DNA of 64,000 nt, from positions 7,980,317 to 8,044,316 of the forward strand of contig CM082595.2 in the NCBI GenBank assembly GCA_040954595.2. Reading direction: 5' to 3'. The notes below the pieces were generated by a model. The model was not told where the DNA came from and searched no databases. It worked only from the letters and a program-made list of their open reading frames with translations. A program made the position numbers and the translations under genes. Source of the DNA: Balanoglossus misakiensis (Eukaryota; Animalia; Hemichordata). Shown piece after piece: positions 50,810 through 64,000 of this stretch (position 1 is its first letter; every line of letters begins with the position of its first letter).

Positions 50810-52880
50810 GGGATTAACTTTCCTGGTGGCCATTGGCACAAAGCTGTTGCTGAACCTCAGCTTAGATCACTTAAACCCCGGTGCGGAAAGTCCTGGGGTT
50901 CGGATTAACGTGTGTTTGTATAGTTGTTTATTTGGGAGTGGTCGTTCTGATAATGACTGTGTAATTGCTCTCATGTACACAGAAAATAATTGAACACTTC
51001 ACACTTCCACACGATTGACAACTGTTTGAATGGCGTGGTTATTGTTTCCCAGGGACTCTTCTGAAAAGCACTGAAACCAGATTTCTCCCAAAATCATCGT
51101 TGTTTCATAAGCTCGTGTACTTTTTCGTCGATAACTTTATGTTGTGTGTGTTTATAAAGCCAACTACTGTCGTTGTGTGGTGTAATTCTTTATGCTTGGA
51201 CCTGTTTGGGCCGATTTTCATAGAGCCAAGATCGTTGGTGTTGTCTGTTGTCAGTCAAACGTCATTAAGATTCGCCACTGATTTGGGGGGACTTTTATAC
51301 CCCGCACCGGGGTTTAAGGCAACGACATCTATGACTTGAGGGTAACATTTCAAAGGAGAAATACAATGGATGGTTTACATCAGCAGTGATTGCACAAGCT
51401 CTGAGAGAACCGGTGTGGGTCTCCCAAAAGATGCTTGTTGCTTTTAACAATGGAAAGCAATAACACATTGCAGTAAGTCCAGAGTGGTTCAACAACACTC
51501 CAGTACAACAAAAGTAGCAGATCTGAATTAACATGAAAGGAACACAACCTCTTGAGCATGTGCAATCTTTGCTGTCATTTCTTTTGAATAGCTGTTGTGT
51601 GCTGACTAAAGGAGAGTTAATTGTTAAGAATATCACCAAGATACTTAAAAAAGACCACCTGTTCATTGGGTTCACCATCAATACAAATTGGGACATTTTG
51701 TCCTGATACCCGACGAAAGTTAACGTTAAGTTCTTTTGTCTTTGAAACATTAAGCTGTAGAAAATTTGAATTACAGCTATTAGAATAATACTTTGCCAAG
51801 TTTACATATTCCGTTTCCGAGTTTGTGTCATTTAAAAGAACAAGTACAGCTGCACTATCAGAGAATTGGAAAGAAATGAACTAATCATTTGTATAGAAAA
51901 TGAACGAAAATGGGCTAAGCCTGAAGACACAGCCTTGGGGGCACTGGTGTTGGTGAAGACCACAGTAGATAGTCCTCCCCTACTCTCACAATGTGGTCTG
52001 TCAGTTAGGAAGTTATAAACCCAATAAACTATTGCAGGTGCATGGTGCACCTACCTGCAATGATATGTCTATCATAATGTGATGCTAAGTGGTGTTGAAA
52101 GAAGAACTGAAGTCGATGAATATAATCCTGGCATAGTGCCCGGCTTTATCAAGGTGTTTTAACAATTTATGAAGGAGACAAGCAGCTGCATCATCCGTAC
52201 CTTTAGGATCTACTTTTGACTGAACATAGGGGAGAAGATGAGACAATATCAAACATTTCCTTATGAAGGATGTTGCTTTAGCTCTGAAGAAAAAGTAATT
52301 TTAGGAACTGGGAAAATTTTTGAAGTCCTCCAAATATTGGGTGTAGTGCCTGTATCAATAGAGCGCTGAAAGAAATTCTGAAACAAGGCCTCTAGTCCAT
52401 CCACGCACGCCTTCAGCACACTGCCAGTTATACCATCTGGGCCAGGGGCTGTCCAAGGTTTCATATACGGTACTTGAGTTGTCGCACTACATCACCCACA
52501 GTGATGACTACATCATTCTGGCATGGGGGTGGACAGGAGGACAGCCTCCTGTCACACTCCTCAGAGAAGTCTTGCTTGTCAAAACCTTGTATAAAATATG
52601 TTAATATCAGAAGCCAATGATTGTGAATCTGAAGGAGATAAAACTCGTTGTACACTGATTTGACCAGACATCTTTTTTCAAATTCTGAAAAGCTTTCCTC
52701 ATTGGGCGCATGATTTCATGACACAATAGACAATAAGGTACAGTTGTGTTTGTGGGTGCTCCATAAGGCATTCGTTTTGAGACTAAGTGATAGGCTCTGA
52801 TCCTGCCCACCCAGCACTCGTGTAAATCAAAACTTAAAGTGTTAAATTTTCCGCTCATGCAGTGATTGAAATGGCATGGC
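50810..52880 (-). mobile_element. Decayed Rex1/Babar-like LINE
   Basis: Remnants APGPDGI..VLKAC..WRTSKIFPVPK, HLDKAGHYARIIFIDFSS, NFLTDRP, LQLNVSKTKELNVNFRR, LHMLKRLCSF..LLYWSVVE, RFSNSFVP. Confidence 0.8.
50875..51313. mobile_element. TTAA-flanked MITE inserted in the Rex1-like LINE
   Basis: TTAA|accccggtgcgg...ccgcaccggggt|TTAA. Confidence 0.8.
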
Positions 52881-55143
52881 ATTTGACCTTACCCCCTCCT
52901 GCTCCTCTCCCCTTCCTCCCACCATAGTTGTGTCTGGAGCCCTGATGGGGGATAGGTCTCATTTTATAGCACACAATAACCGGTAATGTTTTCGGTTGGG
53001 TTCACAGCAGAAGTACTGACTCGGCCATAATCAAAACTATTGTTTTCCCTTACTGTGTTTTCTTCCTTTGAAAATGATAATCATTGGATATGTAGAGACT
53101 GTTTATTTTCTTCTGTTTAAATCTGAGAAAGATGACTGTAAATTACCCCTTCCAACCTCATGCAGTTGTCTGTGTTATCTACATGTGTACCTGGTATCTC
53201 AAAGTTTTAACAGCTTCAAAACATTTATGCCAACCAGACTGAAACTAATTTTACTTTCCGAACAATGTTTTTGTCACTGATTCTAATCTAATTACCAGAT
53301 GGAATACTACACAAATGGGGAGGTCACATAAGAAATCAGATACTGTGCATCTAACTGCACAAATACCATTATCCCTGACCACAACTGGGTATCATTGGCA
53401 AACATAATCATTTACAAGTACGTACTATGTAATGGAATACCAGCTGTATAATGGAACACTCAATCGACAAGAATATAGCTTTATGAAATGTGACCTTCAC
53501 CTTCTATTATTTTGAAAAAATGCCTTCCCCACAATTGGTCCCCCCCATGCATTAGCTGAACACTCCCTTGGTTAGACATGGGTCTAGGTGCCAGTAGATT
53601 GCTGGATAAATTCAGAATGTGTGCAAAGAGACATGTACATCATCTGATCTGCTTGGCCTCTATATACTTGTATATGTTAACGTCCAAACAAACCGATCCT
53701 TGTAGGCCAATCAAAGTACACCGTGGGGTTAGATTGTAAGCAGTCTAACTGCACAAATTCATTTTGCAAGCAAGCCTGTTTTAATTTATGCCGCATAACA
53801 AAATCCCTACCTTCAATAGTTTCAAACCTGCGCACACATAAACAGTAGCTAAAAATAAACAGCATTCTGGTACATGAAAGCTCATTCAGTGCAATGATTC
53901 CATTGCTCATCTGAGCTTCAGAAAACTTTGGGTACAACACTGTCCACTAGCAGTGTTACATCTAAAAATAGAAAGTCGGTTTGTATTTACAAGACTCAAA
54001 ACGTACTCCACTACTCAACTCCTATAGTAAAAAATTTGGCACACAAGCCAATTTGAGAAATCTCCAACACAATAAATGGGACAGTAACAGGAGTTGCATG
54101 AAAGCTTGGCCACTTACAGAAAAATAACAGAACTTAATATCACATTATGGCCCCATGAGCTGCAACTCAATAAAAATTTGTCATGCTTTCGATCTCTCCT
54201 TGGAAAGGCTTTAAATTCTGTCAGCTGGAAAGTAAATAAATATGAAGGTTTTTTTTTGTGAGTGAATTTTGTTAAAAAACTTGGATGTCCAGAAACTGCC
54301 TCCAATGTGTGTTCGTTTTTTTACCTGGCAATGTGTTAAAAATTCACACTATCCAGATTTTCTAACATACCACTGTTTGACTTTCTGGAGGTATTAATAG
54401 CAATATGTGCATACTACAGTAGTTATCTACTCTTGCAATAGACAGTTGAAGAAATGGGTGTGGCACCTTTTTATTCTTCATTGTACATACCGGTATTTAC
54501 ATAGCCACAATCAGAGTTTACTGATTTGTTTGTGTACACTGAACAAGTAAACTTAAACTTAATTGGACCTTTCAAAAGTAAAATCATGACATTTTTTTTA
54601 AATTAATACCAGATTCACACAGGGCAAAATTCTCAGTGTTTGAGAGACACTACTTGCCTATGGTAAATACAGAGGATTAATCCTTTGATTCGCCTCTTGT
54701 CCACATACAACATTTATGTATAGGCACTATGGCTTGGCCCCATAGACAATGGGTTGTTTAGAGGTATTAATCCTTACACCGGCGCAGGTCGTCAAAGCCG
54801 TCTCGAATCTGAGACGTTTCAGCACCACTTGAACTGATAACAAATAATTATTTATGCAAGTATTTGATCTGAGACATTTTAGAAACGTATTAATGGTCCC
54901 TGTGTAACCCCCATATAAAATTGTGCTTAATTAAATTGGCAGTTTAATCAGTAATGCCCTGACAGTGGATCTGACTATAGAGAAAATTTCCACGTATCAT
55001 TGTCATGGCTTTCTGGTGGAGTGACCATGAGATAGGCAATAGACCTGTTATGCATGAATGGATCACCAATTATGTATGAGGTGCATGTATATTTGATTTC
55101 AAGAAAAGAGTTTAAGTGAAATTTGGACATTCCATGCCATATC

Positions 55144-55833
55144 CAGGGTTCGACATACACGCTGGCCCACTATCCCGAGTCTAGTAATTTTCTGTAAGGA
55201 CCAGTAAAGTGTTTTTGCTGGTAGTCCGGCGGGATAGTGACTTTCAGACGTAAACACGCTAAACATCGTCGTTTGTTTTGCCATGATCAGCGTGAGTGAA
55301 AGTGGACCGTTGTTCTGTTAATGATCATCACCCCCCTGTATTTTGAACATCGTAAGGCAATGCATTGAATTCAGCTCTTCCAGCAAGTGGCCGCACTCGC
55401 TTGATTTCCTGTGTGTGTCTCTGGGGACGCAAAGAATGCATATGCGTCTTTCCCTAATTTGCATATTTTGAATGGGTTATGCTTACAAATTGATACATTT
55501 AGGTCTGCCTTGACTTGAACGCGTCAAGTGTACAGGTTGTTATGGAAGTTTCTTTTTGATAAAGCGATTGCAAAGCCAATGTAGATTCAACAAAGATAAA
55601 TTCCCAGCTCTTACTTAGTCTTTTGGCCTGTGACATTTGTACATGTAGCCTCATTTCCAGCATGCCATATGCATACCTCTCAATACATCCCTTTCCAGAT
55701 TCCCTTTGCTCCGAAAAATGTGAAAATCATGATAATTTTTGACAGGACTAGTAAATATTTCACAGGACCACTGAATTATACATTTTACTGGTCCTGCGGG
55801 ACAGTGAACATTTTATACCGGTGTCGAACCCTG
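55144..55833. mobile_element. hAT-like MITE with 5-bp TSD
   Basis: ATATC|cagggttcgaca...tgtcgaaccctg|ATATC. Confidence 0.8.
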
Positions 55834-58223
55834 ATATCACACTGTTCACTGGCATGGACTAACAGAGTATGGGAGGGGGGGCATTTCTTGAGCATAAATT
55901 GCACAATCTAAAGGAGAGAGGTGGGGAAAAGATTCCTCCATACACCTGAAAAAATGTTTAAATTTAATTCTTTGCTTTGGGTAGATCATCAATGCATTGT
56001 ACTTTGTTGCCATGCTATAGCAACCACCTGGCAATGGAAAATCACATACAACCACCTGCCAAATGCCAAATCCTTGAATTTTATAATCGTGAAAATAAAT
56101 TTCATCAACCATTAGGCCAAACTGCACTAATACCGTGTACAAAATACATGAAAATGTTGACGTTGGATCCAACTTGTGTGAGTTTCAGTGCTCATTTATA
56201 GTTCACTGTTGAGGTACCCGATCATTGTAACAATGTCAGGAGATGCAGCATGAAAGAGGACGTCAACAAAATGAATATAACTATGAGTAGAAAGGATGCC
56301 AACCCCCCCCCCCCCCCCAACTTCAGTGTTTATATGAATCCTTCCATATTCATGACACAACCATTCTGGTCAGTTTTAATTATAGCAATCAGATCCAGAA
56401 ACTACTTGCTTGCAAAGTTTTCTGCCCAAGGTTTTAAAAAGCTAGGTCCTGTACGTGCATGTACAACTCATTCAAAATAACATCACCATTGCATGATAGA
56501 ACAGCCATACACAAATTCGTTAATAGATGCACACCTGCAGTATGATTACAACCACACATGTACTCACTTTATCTACAGGTATATACATTTGTGATCATTA
56601 TATACAATTAATAGATGTTTGCTTCCCAAATTTACAGACCAAACATTTCAATTTCTTAATTAAAAGCCAATAAATTCTGTACCTGCCAATAACCTCTGTT
56701 CCATTTCAATATCTACATGAATAAGAGCATAAAAAAGGTTAACATTAGGTGAATCTTGAATTTGAAGGAAGATATTGAGATCTGGGAATGTATTGTATAG
56801 ACTTCAAATGAGCAGAAGTCAGCCTCAAAGTTTTAAAAGATTTATTACACTGTCAAAGACTGAGTCCATAACAAAGAAATGTGGGCGGGGTTTCTTGAAT
56901 GAGAGGGCTCTTGACAAGTTTGGGGTGGGGCTATGGAATATCCTCCCGCTGTCTGAGGATGACAGTTTTGACAATGTTTTGGTTTGGTCCTTAACTACAA
57001 GAATAAATTTCATGTATCTTGTTTTGTAAATAAAAGGATTGTTGCTAACCTCATCTGTTGGTGCCAACAGTTCTCTGAATCATGACTAGCATTTCATGAC
57101 ATAAGAACAACAACTAAGCGGATACTACAAAACAACAACTGCACTGTGACTTCAAACAATCAATCAATCAAGCCTCTGTACACCTCTGAATAGTGAAACA
57201 TTAAAAGGTAGGAGACAGCCAGCCAATATGCATTGCATGGTTATTATATTCCGTAGCCTTATACATACAATTTTGAGAAAACATACAATTCATTGTATAC
57301 GTACTGGAACATGTTGTACTGTATGCTCTGAAATCAACACAGAATGTCGGACCCCTGCCATTTTAAGGCGCATGATCAGGCCCAGTTACAGAGTTAATTT
57401 ATCTAAAATCTCCACATGCAGTTTTAAATTTTAATGGTTTGCCTTTTGCTAATAGAGCAGTGAAATTGATAACATAGAGATATCTACCATAGATGGCCAC
57501 TGTTTGTCAATACCGGTACTAGTATCTTGTTTGACTAAACTTTTGTTGTCCTTTCCTGATCAACTGGGCTATATTGCCAAAATGTTGGAGAATTTGTGTG
57601 CTTCTTTAACACAGGATCCCACGTGTACAGTGTGAGCACATTATGCAACTTCTGGATCTAAACCAGCCCCAAATATAATGTCATTGAAGCCCTAAGACTA
57701 GGAGCTGCCACTTGTTGCATTATTTTCATGATTTGACTTCCAACATAGATTGGTCCATCTAAAAAAGCTTACTGATAGGCATACATGAATATGTTACCGA
57801 CGCCCGATTGTGGCTGTATGTTGCAATTTGAACAAGTGATATATTAAATAGGTGCCACACCTGTTAAATCAGCCTCTATAAAAAGAGTTCACAACTATTG
57901 TGGTACGCATCGCCAAGAGTTAATAAACAGAATCAAATGCAAATACAAGTAATGTGGATTAATGATGAAGATTTTATATAAAAGGTAGAAGATTTGATTT
58001 TTGGAAAAATGTGAAATTTGGCATTTCATGAGGCTTTCAGGGAATAGTAGTACATGTACCTGAAGACTGGTGTTGTCACCATTGTACATGCATTGACCAG
58101 CAGAATGTTGCTATAATTCCCAATGATTTGGCCAAAACTGGTTCCCTTTTAAATACTAGAAGGAAGGTACCAGTATGCATGTTCCTTGGTTGGTTAAATA
58201 GATTTTGATCAAAATTAAGATAA

Positions 58224-59224
58224 GGGACCGTTCAGTTTTTACGGCCGGGGGGGGGGGGCAAAATCCAGGGGGGGGGTCACTTAAATTTTGAAGTCCACAA
58301 GGGGGGGGGGGTCATCTGTTTTTTTTAAACGTTTAGGGGGGGTCACATACTTTTGCCACCGAACTTTTGCTTTTGAGTCCACAAAATTGCAGTTTCGCAC
58401 CCTTTATTTTACAAAATTTTCTAATGTAGGAAGGGGGACACCCCCTCCCACACCCACCCCCTATATTCTCCGCCACATTTCATTTGGGGCTGGTTTGTCT
58501 AGTGTACCAGGGCGGAGTGCTTGCCACCCAAACCCCACCGATGATAATATTTAACAAAGTGAATACATAAAGGAGAATAATTGTTTAAACCATTTTGCAT
58601 AACTAAGAGTTTCGCGCTGCATCTTCTATATACTAGAAATTTTATAAATGATGTCATGACAAGATAACGCCAAATCTTCTAACTTTGAGTGGAGTGGCAA
58701 AAAGTAAAATTGGTCCTCCCAAACATTGAGATAATTTGCTTTTGAGTTCATTAAAATGCAACTTTGCGCTACATATTTTACAAAATTTTCTTATGCGGCA
58801 GGGGGACACCCCCTCCCACACCCACCCCCTCCATTCTTCGCCACATTGCATTTATTCACTGGTTTGTCTAGTGTACCAGGGAAGACTTCTTGCCACCCCA
58901 CCCCTGATGCTTACTTTGACTGGAGTGGCAAAATTAAAATTTGTCCTCCCTAACATTGAGTTAATTTGCTTTTGAGTTCATTAAATTGCAACTTTGAGCA
59001 CCGTATTTAAAAAAAATTTCTTATGTTCTTTATTGCATACAGTGTACATAGGATCAGGACGGCGAATGTTTTGGGCGTGGGGGGGGGGGCATCATATTTT
59101 TGGGTCTGTCAAAGAGGGGGTCATCATTTTTTGGTCCTGGCTGAAGGGGGGGTCGGCCTGATTTTGAGAACCAATGACACAAACTTGCCGGCCCCCCCCC
59201 CTGCTGTAAAAACTGAACGGTCCC
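58224..59224. mobile_element. PIF/Harbinger-type MITE
   Basis: TAA|gggaccgttcagtttttac...gtaaaaactgaacggtccc|TAA; internal module repeated. Confidence 0.88.
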
Positions 59225-59252
59225 TAAGATGTGCCTCAAAGTCAGATTTTAA

Positions 59253-61297
59253 GAATAATAATAATAATTTATTTATATAGCGTCAGTATCCACAAAAATG
59301 TGATCAATGACGCTTAAAGCAAAAATACAATACAACAAATGGCTAAAAAACAGATTTAAAGAGTAAAGTTTTAACATTTGATTTAAAAACAGATAAGTCT
59401 GGTGCCTGGTGAATGTTGAGTGGAAGAATATTCCAAAGAATTGGAGCAGCAACAGTAAAAGCACGATCATCATAACTCCTGGTGCGTGATCGAACAGGGC
59501 AGAGTTTGAACTGATCAGCTGACCTTAAATTGCGACACGGAACATACAGATCAGTCATGTTAGAAAGATATATTGGACCAAGTTTATGAATGGATTTAAA
59601 AATGAGAACTAACATCTTAAAAACAATACGCTCTGTAAAAGGTAGCCAGTGCAACTGATACAAAATTGGAGTGATGTGACAGGTGATTTTTGAACGAGTA
59701 ACAATTCTAGCAGCAATATTCTGAACGCGTTGAATACGGTTGATTGAATACTTCGGGAGCCCAAATAAAAGTGAATTACATGAATCAATTCGAGAAGTAA
59801 TGAATGCATGAACTAATTGCTCTGTAGCAGATTGAGATAAATATTTGCAATAAGTGCAATGCGACGTAAATGAAAAGTGGCAGAGCGGCAGATCTGTCCA
59901 ATATGTGGCTTCATTGTCAGACAAGAGTCAAGGATCACTCCAAGGCTCTTAGCCTGACAATGGACGGGAATCAGAGAATCGCCAACACGAATTTCTGAAA
60001 TCCCTCTAGCAGACAGATCACCCGAAGTACCAGAGAAAATAACAAATTCAGTCTTATCATCGTTTAAGCACAAGAAGTTTTCAGACATCCAAAACCTAAC
60101 ATCGGATATACAAAGTTCAAGATTTGAAACAGTTCTGGCTGCGTTGTCTTTACAAAATGACATATAAAGGGAAGAGTCATCTGCATAAAAACTATAAAGA
60201 CAACCATGACTTTGAACTAATTCACCTAATGGAGACATGTACATATTGAAAAGTATGGGACCAAGAACTGATCCCTGTGGTACCCCAGTGTCGAGCGGAT
60301 AGAAAGGTGATTGGGTGGAATTTACACTGACTACGATTAGAAAGGTATGACTTAAACCACGTGAGAACAGTATCTGAGAGACCAAAGCGGTCTCTTAAGA
60401 TGGGTCCCTGGGATCTTTTTGCTCGTTGCTATGGGCCTTTATAGGACACTACACTCAATTTTGATCGAAACCATTATGAACGTCCGACAAGGGGCTTGTA
60501 AATACGCATGATTGTGTGCACACCCCCTGTCCGAGTATGGTTACGGCAGCTACCGCCTGGCCATAGGCCGCCACGCTAATACGGCAAAGCAGCGGTCAGC
60601 GATAGCGTGCGCGTCCTGTAACCACAGTAACTGGATCGAACGCTAAAAATCCAATGTTTTGTACACAGAGATTTTGTACCGTTCACGAAAATCCCTAAGG
60701 CTTTTTTCACAGGCGACGTAGGCCAGCCAAATTTGACCTGCTTGTTGAGAACGCACTTCCGCATAGTGTGACGGATCGTTTTTTCGGTTTTCGTCGTGCT
60801 AAGAAGCGATACCGGTGGAAGAGTGCGTCCAAAAACACCCAAAATCGATGACTTTTTCAGGTGTGGTACGGGTATGCTGAAATCGTAGGATACAACGATA
60901 ATATTCGAAAACAAAATCCGTCACGATCTTCCCTGGTTCAAGCAACTAATGAATACGTATCAAGTTCGTTTTTGAGGTCACTGAATAAAAAGCCTTAGGC
61001 TTTTGAAATTTGACCTAGCTAATTTGCATATCAATGGCGTCAGGGGGCGCGCGCTCACAATCGTGCAGATTTTCAACTAGTTACCAGCCCCTTGTTAGAC
61101 TCTGAAAACGGCTTAGTCCAAATCGGGGTGTAATGTCCTATAAAGGCCCATAGCAACGGGCAAAAAGATCCCAGGGACCCATCTTAAGCGATTGAGTAAA
61201 ATGGTATGGTTCACAGTGTCAAATGCTGCGGAAAGATCGAGTAATACCAAGAAAACCTCTCTTTTTTCATCAAGAGCAAGCAAAATGTCAGAAGAGT
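59253..61297 (-). mobile_element. 5'-truncated L2/CR1-group LINE, frameshifted
   Basis: LVLLDLSAAFDTVNH, GVPQGSVLGPILF, YADD, LCLNDDKTEF, LVHAFITSRIDSCNSLL, LHWLP; 3' end tataaataaat(tat)n. Confidence 0.92.
60399..61183. mobile_element. Kolobok-like non-autonomous element inserted in the LINE
   Basis: TTAA|gatgggtccctgggatcttttt...aaaaagatcccagggacccatc|TTAA; ~55-bp TIRs. Removing it restores ILLNRL-RDRFGLS. Confidence 0.88.
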
Positions 61298-63732
61298 GAA
61301 ACTCCAAGGGTTTAAATTTTCTGATGCCTCTAAGTCTGTGATGAGTCTATTTGGAATGAAAGACCAAAACATGTTCGTCTTCTTATTTGTCGTCGCTACT
61401 TTAATTCTTATTTACTTTAAATTTAAGTTGATACAGAGATTGGTTGCAAACAACATTCTCCAGAAGTCTTTGAATGCATCCCATTCTTATCAATTTTAAT
61501 CTTTAAAAAGTTATACAAATCGAGTTGATATACCAGTAATAGCAATTACCCCCCCCCCCCCCCCCATATTGGCTTTGAAACCGGGAGTGTATCTCCGCCC
61601 CTGACTAAGTTTCGGGGGCAGGGTAAAACCATACTTAACCCCCCCCCCCCCACCATGCACAAAATCCCCGCTTACCCCCCCCCCCCCACCCCCGCCAATG
61701 ATCATATTTTACACCAATAGGGATATGGATTTAAAGAATGGCGCAATCACTGTGAATAACTGAAGTATAAAAATCAAAGTTAACAGAAGCGCACATTTTG
61801 TTGTTTATGGAACATACAGTGTAATTGGCTGGGAGGCTTCACGTGTCAGTAATTTGACGCCAATCAAACTAATCTTTAACGAAAGTCGCTGATCGAAGAA
61901 AGTACATTTGTAGCAATATGTGTGACATGAATACAGTTGAATTCAATTTTTGGAACAATACTGAGAAAATTGTCAATCATAACAGATACTGGAGCTTTTA
62001 CAATAATATTTGTTCACTTTATTTCTTGCTATTTCTCCCTTTTTATTATTTGCATTTAATCAGTAATCAATTTATTCAGCTATTTATTTTTATCATAAAA
62101 CAATTGTATCCAGAAAATATGTAACTTTGTCCCCGTACAAGAAATTGCTTCCTGCACCCCTGAAAAAGTGAAAATGTGCAAATCTAAGCAACAAAATATC
62201 ATTAAGGAAATTCAACTTTTTGGTGCATTTAATCTCTTTTATTTAGTACTGTCTTTATGAAATTACATTCTCTAGTGAGAGCAGCGCAGAGACACAGGAG
62301 AACAGAACTTTTGTCTCTCTTTTCGAGCGTCCACATCGCTTCATATATTGCTGTGGCGTTAAAGTCGGCTGTTACAATAACATTGATTGTGTAACAACGA
62401 ACTACAAATTCTCACCAATATTCATAAGCTTGTCCATGCCATCGTCAATGAAAACGGCACTGGCATTCTGATTTGTAGATCATACGGCGGAGTTGGTATT
62501 CCCTGGAGAAAGTCGCTGTCGAGAATAGCCGATCTTGGTATTGGGAACATAGTCGAATAATGGATTTTGATAACAGCGGTATGCCATAGAAGCCTGCTCT
62601 GTAGAAATATGTTTTGTCGGGACTGCAAAATCTGCCCGACACAAGTCCGACATTTGGCCGTCGTGCATTACCATGATAAACATGACAAGGCAAAGTTGTG
62701 AAAAACCGACTTTGTCATCTCAAAAAAACCTGCCGGTGTACATGATGCAGAATTCCGGCATGCCAGTCGAAACTTTCCCGGTACCTTTTTGTTGATGGCG
62801 AATACCGTTTGCCACACGAAATTTCGACGTGTCATTTGTGAAGTCACAACAGACCTGGCTGTATGATGCGACAATCTACGACAAGAATCACGTGGTTCTC
62901 AGTTGCATTTAAATTTTTATTCGTAATCTGCTCTTTAAAAACTGTATATCATGTTCTGACAGACTTCACCTTTACCAGAAAATGCATTTAGTTAAATCGT
63001 ATAGATTTTCGAAGTTCTAAGTATCAATCACAATTTCGGAAAAAAATGCATGGTTGTCTCTATACATGGTTTCTATATATCTACCCAGTGCCCGTCAGTA
63101 GCCAAAACCACTTAACTGTGCAACCCGGTCGGGCATTTTTTTTCTATCAAACACAAACAAAAATCTATTCATGGATGCGTCAATGAAGCACGCCAAAACA
63201 GGATCCCAACCAATCACAACGATGTACTATTTCTGGCCATGTTACACCGATGTTTTTACGTGATATGGCGGCAGATGTATGACCTGTCATACTGTCCCTA
63301 CGTTCCAACAAGTCAGCTACTGACCGGAAAATTAATTTTTTGGTGAAAAAACATTTTATTGTTTATATTGTTTAACGTTAAAATTTTACTCTGTCTCTGG
63401 GCATGCAAGCCTTACCCTATGTGCAGCGCAATATATTATTAGCATGCTTGTCGCACATCACCAATCAAGTATGCCTAGGTTGGCATTATATGCAATAATT
63501 GAAGCATTGGTGGCCTAGTTGGGTGGCTAGATGGTGGGCCATCCAGCCACCCAACCAGCCCAACAAGGCTACAATTATTGCAGCTAGGCAGGCATGGAAT
63601 GTAAGGCTAATTGAATTCAATTACTCAGAATGACTATCCTCGAATCGTATAGCACAACGCAATTCGCTGATCGCGGTTTCGGCGGTCAAATCATAGAAAG
63701 CTCGTACAGCAATTTTGTAACCAATCCAATAA

Positions 63733-63932
63733 GGGACCGTTCAGTTTTTACGGCTGGGGGGGGGGTTGGCAAGTTTGTGTCATCGGTTTTCAAAATCAGG
63801 CCAACCCCCCCTTCACCCAGGACCCAAAAAACGACGACACCCCCCCTTGACAGGCCTAACAATATGATGACCCCCCCCCCCTCTCCGAAAACATTCGCCG
63901 TCATGATCCTATGTACACTGTATGCAATAAAG
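63733..63932 (-). mobile_element. End of a second Harbinger-type MITE (same TIR as 58224-59224)
   Basis: TAA|gggaccgttcagtttttacgg...; reverse complement of ~59027-59224. Confidence 0.85.
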
Positions 63933-64000
63933 GGAATGAGGCTCCTCAACACGTCAATTATAATTTTCTTAAAGTAATTGAAGTATATAATAGTATATCG

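Noticed and set aside
51380-51565. ORF listed as + strand in the track
   Set aside because: The peptide reads on the minus strand and is part of the Rex1-like LINE remnant.
50254-58110. Scattered minus-strand micro-exon candidates (e.g. ~53190-53237, ~56683-56712, ~58060-58110)
   Set aside because: They could not be chained into a consistent, recognisable frame; RNA-seq is needed.

Overview
Repeat-rich, AT-rich, intron-containing animal genomic DNA. The repeat repertoire suggests a marine invertebrate (inference only). (1) Minus strand: the first seven coding exons of POLR3C/RPC62 (12204 down to 483, running off the left edge), all GT-AG and in phase. (2) A 2.9-kb tandem array of about 22.5 x 127-bp units (14545-17404) between two divergently oriented genes. 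(3) Plus strand: a hand-assembled 7-8-exon gene (19096/22972-30371) for an unrecognised single-pass membrane + coiled-coil protein, largely invisible in the ORF track. (4) An intact GalEa-type Ty1/copia retrotransposon (32624-37488) with identical 151-bp TG...TA LTRs, a 5-bp TSD, a tRNA-iMet PBS and a 1453-aa ORF. (5) A decayed Tc1-like element with 42 residues between its second and third catalytic positions. (6) Two inverted copies of a hAT-type element, one carrying a CACAGT-ended, 5-bp-TSD (Transib/RAG-like) MITE. (7) Decayed RTE, Rex1/Babar and L2/CR1 LINEs, many MITEs and microsatellites. All calls were read by eye; no database searches were run.
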